In this document: positions 32,197-32,401 of the stretch, piece after piece
Layout of the letters: each line of letters opens with the position of its first letter
How positions within the stretch are numbered: position 1 is the stretch's first letter
NCBI RefSeq assembly: GCF_004010195.1
Contig: NC_057752.1
Span: 11,874,191-11,906,591 of the forward strand
Source of the DNA: Chiloscyllium plagiosum
Lineage: Eukaryota
DNA length: 32,401 nucleotides
Direction: 5' to 3'
The notes under the pieces: model-generated
Seen by the model: only the letters and a program-made list of their open reading frames with translations
Databases searched by the model: none
What the model was told of the DNA's origin: nothing
Program-made: the position numbers and the translations under genes

Positions 32197-32401
32197 GGCG
32201 CGCTCTCTCTCTCTCTCTCCGGGCGCGCTCTCTCTCTCTCTCTCCGGGCGCGCTCTCTCTCTCTCTCTCCGGGCGCGCTCTCTCTCTCTCTCTCCGGGCG
32301 CGCTCTCTCTCTCTCTCTCCGGGCGCGCTCTCTCTCTCTCTCTCCGGGCGCGCTCTCTCTCTCTCTCTCCGGGCGCGCTCTCTCTCTCTCTCTCCGGGCG
32401 C
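31978..32401. repeat. CpG-rich 25-bp minisatellite (CCGGGCGCG + CT run), running off the window end
   Basis: GGG starts at 32196, 32221, 32246 ... 32396 with exact 25-bp spacing; more variable units at 31978-32195. Confidence 0.98.

Overview
Eukaryotic genomic DNA from a cartilaginous fish. This is an inference from the repeat content: HE1-type V-SINEs, HER1/CR1 LINEs, Deu-domain SINEs and shark-type Penelope relics, most like a carpet shark. The window holds eight internal coding exons (equivalent to exons 2-9, 935 nt, open frame, all GT-AG) of a + strand histone acetyltransferase 1 (HAT1)-family gene. Exon 1 and exons 10-11 were not found and probably lie outside the window. The encoded protein keeps the HAT1 exon structure but is more divergent than expected for a shark orthologue (hand estimate ~60-65% identity to human HAT1 as recalled). 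It has AEEPS for the active-site AEDPS and RPRIGQ for RPRVSQ, so it may be a second, diverged HAT1 paralogue. The introns are packed with nested retroelement debris (CR1, L2, RTE, another CR1-group LINE, SINEs, and Penelope-like relics with decayed hammerhead-ribozyme cores and target-site duplications). A young inverted SINE pair sits in intron 9, and CT-rich minisatellites occupy both window ends. Repeat boundaries are by eye and approximate; exon boundaries are exact.
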